Shown one piece after another: positions 61,571-64,000 of a stretch of 64,000 nucleotides of DNA; positions within the stretch are counted from its first letter, which is position 1, and each line of letters opens with the position of its first letter. The notes below the pieces were generated by a model. That model worked only from the letters and a program-made list of their open reading frames with translations, made no database searches and was not told the DNA's origin. This DNA is from an uncultured Candidatus Saccharimonas sp. (GTDB lineage Bacteria > Patescibacteriota > Saccharimonadia > Saccharimonadales > Saccharimonadaceae): the NCBI GenBank assembly GCA_963522115.1, contig CAUQWN010000001.1, forward strand, positions 212,916-276,915, written 5' to 3'. Made by a program: the position numbers and the translations under genes.

Positions 61571-62122
61571 TTATTTTTGCTGAAAATCTTCTCTGTTTGC
61601 ATCGACTGCAACCCAGCCATCTTTATCAACATTTAAATTAATATTGGTTTTTTCACCTGTTGAGGTTGTTTCGAAATTTTCAATTCTAGTGATTAATTTT
61701 GGATTGTTTCCATCTTGTAGATAAACATCGCCCTTAGCAGTAAAATCCCTGTCTGCATTCATGATGCCAATTGCTGAGTGATTTGATTTGCTGAAAGTGT
61801 AATTTTCAGGGTTTTCGTAATATTCGCCAGTTGAGCTTCTTATGGCGTCTCCTTTTTGTAGATGGATTACGCCGCCATCATCTGAAATTTTTTTAAGTTC
61901 TGAAAAATCTATTTCAGAGTTGTCTAAACCTTCAGTTTGACTTTTTTGGAAAATCTCTGGTGGGTGATTTTCCTGATAGTTTTTATAAACATCGTGGCCA
62001 AACCAACCACCAAGCGCTCCAGCGGTCATTGCTAAAGCACCAAATTGTTTTAGTTTCTTTTTACTAATTTTTACTATTTCTTTGTTTTGAATTTGATTAT
62101 TTTTGTTTTGATATTTTTCCAT
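61571..62122 (-). CDS. Orphan membrane-anchored or secreted protein
   Basis: 183 aa with a basic N-terminus and hydrophobic segment; promoter TTGACT-17-TATAAT (62132-62160); shares a terminator at about 61541-61573. Confidence 0.75.
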   Translation of the reverse strand: MEKYQNKNNQIQNKEIVKISKKKLKQFGALAMTAGALGGWFGHDVYKNYQENHPPEIFQKSQTEGLDNSEIDFSELKKISDDGGVIHLQKGDAIRSSTGEYYENPENYTFSKSNHSAIGIMNADRDFTAKGDVYLQDGNNPKLITRIENFETTSTGEKTNINLNVDKDGWVAVDANREDFQQK

Positions 62123-62249
62123 AACAACTTTATTATAGCATAAAAGAAATAAAAAGTCAATATATTATACATAAAAAGCTTGCTTTATCTTTAAAATTAA
62201 GGTATAATTGATGTTGAAGGAAAATAATAAACCTAAGGAGAAACTTTAA

Positions 62250-62429
62250 ATGGCACAGCCAAAGAAACAGAGTAGTCCTCGAAAGACTGGTTTGCGACGC
62301 AGCCACTTGCGATTGGATTTAGCTCGTCGAGTTAATAAAAAATCACCAGTGAAAGTTTACACAACTAAAAAACAATCTGGTAAAGCTCTAAACAAGCAAC
62401 TCGAAGAAAACAAAACGCTAGCTGCTTAA
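62250..62429 (+). CDS. rpmF: 50S ribosomal protein L32 (Cys-free form)
   Basis: MAQPKKQSSPRKTGLRRSHLRL...; AAGGAG SD; 59 aa; upstream of nusB and rnc; below the ORF-track cutoff. Confidence 0.9.
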   Translation: MAQPKKQSSPRKTGLRRSHLRLDLARRVNKKSPVKVYTTKKQSGKALNKQLEENKTLAA

Positions 62430-62501
62430 TTTGCTGGCGTTTTAATTTTCATTTGACAAAAAATAATAATATTTTAATATAGGAAAGAACCTTACGTAAA
62501 A

Positions 62502-62957
62502 ATGGCATCAAATAGACATTTAGGAAGGATTGTTGTTCTTCAAACACTTTATGAATATGAATTTCGCTCTCAGGCACAAGATAAAACTGTTGACTTGGCT
62601 GAGATTATTTTTCGAAATATGAAGCAATATGAAGAAGCGATTGGAGATAAGCAATTCGTTCAAGATTTATTAAACGGGATTATTGAAAGACAGGTTGAAC
62701 TGGATACGAAACTTCAGCCAATGGCACCGGAATGGCCAATTTCACAGATTGCGCGAATTGACCGTAATGTTTTAAGGATGGGGCTTTATGAATTGCTTTA
62801 TTCTCGAGAAACAGTTCCGCCAAAAGTGGCTATAAATGAAGCAGTTGAGCTTGCAAAAGCGTTTGGTTCCGATAATTCAAGTAAGTTTATTAACGGCGTA
62901 TTAGGAACGGCGTATAAACTTTTTGTGGAGGAACAAAATGGCGAACAAGAAGGTTGA
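62502..62957 (+). CDS. nusB: Transcription antitermination factor NusB
   Basis: [36 protein letters not shown]. Confidence 0.96.
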   Translation: MASNRHLGRIVVLQTLYEYEFRSQAQDKTVDLAEIIFRNMKQYEEAIGDKQFVQDLLNGIIERQVELDTKLQPMAPEWPISQIARIDRNVLRMGLYELLYSRETVPPKVAINEAVELAKAFGSDNSSKFINGVLGTAYKLFVEEQNGEQEG

Positions 62958-63435
62958 ACATTTTCGAAAATATTTTCATAGAACACGCAGATCTTCAATT
63001 CAGGAAATCGTTCGTGAACCAACCGCTGGTGGCGTAATTTTTCGCCGTAATCAAAAAAATGAAGTTGAAATTTTGCTGATTCAAGATTCGAAAGATCGTT
63101 GGACAATCCCAAAAGGTCATATCGAAGAAGGAGAAACAGCTCAAGAAACTGCTAAGCGTGAAATTGGGGAAGAAGCTGGTCTTAATGATGTAAAAATTAT
63201 TGGCTGGCTTGGTAAAATCAATTTTCGATATAGGCGAATTGACAGGCTTGTTTTAATGACGACTCAAGTTTTTTTGGTGAAAGCGCTTGGTGATACTGAT
63301 GCAATTAAAAAAGAAGATTGGATGAATGGTATTAGATGGTTTAGTTTTTCTGATGCGTTGGATGAGATTGAATATGAAGATATCGGTAAGCTAATTTTGC
63401 TTGCGATGAAAAAAATTAGACAGGAGAACTTATAA
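62938..63435 (+). CDS. NUDIX hydrolase
   Basis: Nudix box [22 protein letters not shown]. Confidence 0.92.
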   Translation: MANKKVEHFRKYFHRTRRSSIQEIVREPTAGGVIFRRNQKNEVEILLIQDSKDRWTIPKGHIEEGETAQETAKREIGEEAGLNDVKIIGWLGKINFRYRRIDRLVLMTTQVFLVKALGDTDAIKKEDWMNGIRWFSFSDALDEIEYEDIGKLILLAMKKIRQENL

Positions 63436-64000
63436 TGAGTGGAATTTTATTGGCGCCCTATCATGAATGGGCGAAAGAGAAACTTGGTTATGATTTCGAA
63501 AATATTAATTTATTAGTGACCGCATTGACACATCGAAGCTATTTAAATGAACATAAAAAATCGGCAAGTGAACATAATGAACGACTTGAGTTTTTGGGTG
63601 ATGCGGTTTTAGAGCTCGTTACTACTGATTTTCTATTTTCAAACTATGATAAGCCTGAGGGAATTTTAACAGCTTGGCGTTCAGCATTAGTTAGAACTGA
63701 AAGTATTGGTGCGGCTGGCGAAAGACTCGGCTATGAAAAACTAATTCGGATGAGCCGTGGTGAAAAACAAGGTTCTGCAAGGGCTCGCCAGCAGATTTTG
63801 GCAAATGCTTTCGAAGCGACTACGGGTGCTATTTATCTTGATAAGGGTTATGAAGCTGCAAAAAAATACATCACAGATAACATTTTGAGTACTCTGCCAC
63901 AAATTCTAGAGGAAGAATCTTGGCGTGACCCAAAGAGTTATTTACAAGAGATTTCACAAGCAAGAGATGGTTTTACGCCAATTTATAAGGTTCTTAAAGA
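63435..64000 (+). CDS. rnc: Ribonuclease III (3' end runs off the window)
   Basis: Manual translation: ALTHRSY, HNERLEFLGDAVLEL, ANAFEA..GAIYLD, DPKSYLQE. Confidence 0.96.
   Translation, partial: MSGILLAPYHEWAKEKLGYDFENINLLVTALTHRSYLNEHKKSASEHNERLEFLGDAVLELVTTDFLFSNYDKPEGILTAWRSALVRTESIGAAGERLGYEKLIRMSRGEKQGSARARQQILANAFEATTGAIYLDKGYEAAKKYITDNILSTLPQILEEESWRDPKSYLQEISQARDGFTPIYKVLK

Overview
Compact, AT-rich (about one-third GC by eye) bacterial chromosome segment read with the standard genetic code. Gene content and order suggest a Saccharibacteria (TM7, Patescibacteria/CPR) genome; this is an inference from the shortened AlaRS, XRE-MurA fusion, tRNA-Arg(UCG), FtsA-like gene away from ftsZ and PilX-like pilin. 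Most of the window is housekeeping: pheS/pheT, trxB, polA, rny, murA, glyA, murB, folD, typA, pgk, tpiA, alaS, ruvX, mltG, obgE, sbcB, rarA, hisS, lemA, htpX, ligA, leuS, rpmF, nusB and rnc (partial), plus eight tRNAs. Surface-protein genes and stand-alone orphan genes are interspersed. I found no CRISPR array, transposase, integrase or rRNA. The most notable signals are: (1) strong frame-independent over-representation of the palindrome TTCGAA, resembling cyanobacterial HIP1; (2) an orphan surface-protein gene bracketed by a ~30-bp imperfect inverted repeat, with its promoter outside the repeat; (3) a mosaic PilY1-like adhesin next to a PilX-like pilin; (4) an XRE-MurA fusion with a palindrome over its own promoter; (5) a LysM/CHAP hydrolase with a structured leader and probable ATT start; (6) apparently widespread leaderless transcription; (7) two small genes missing from the ORF track.
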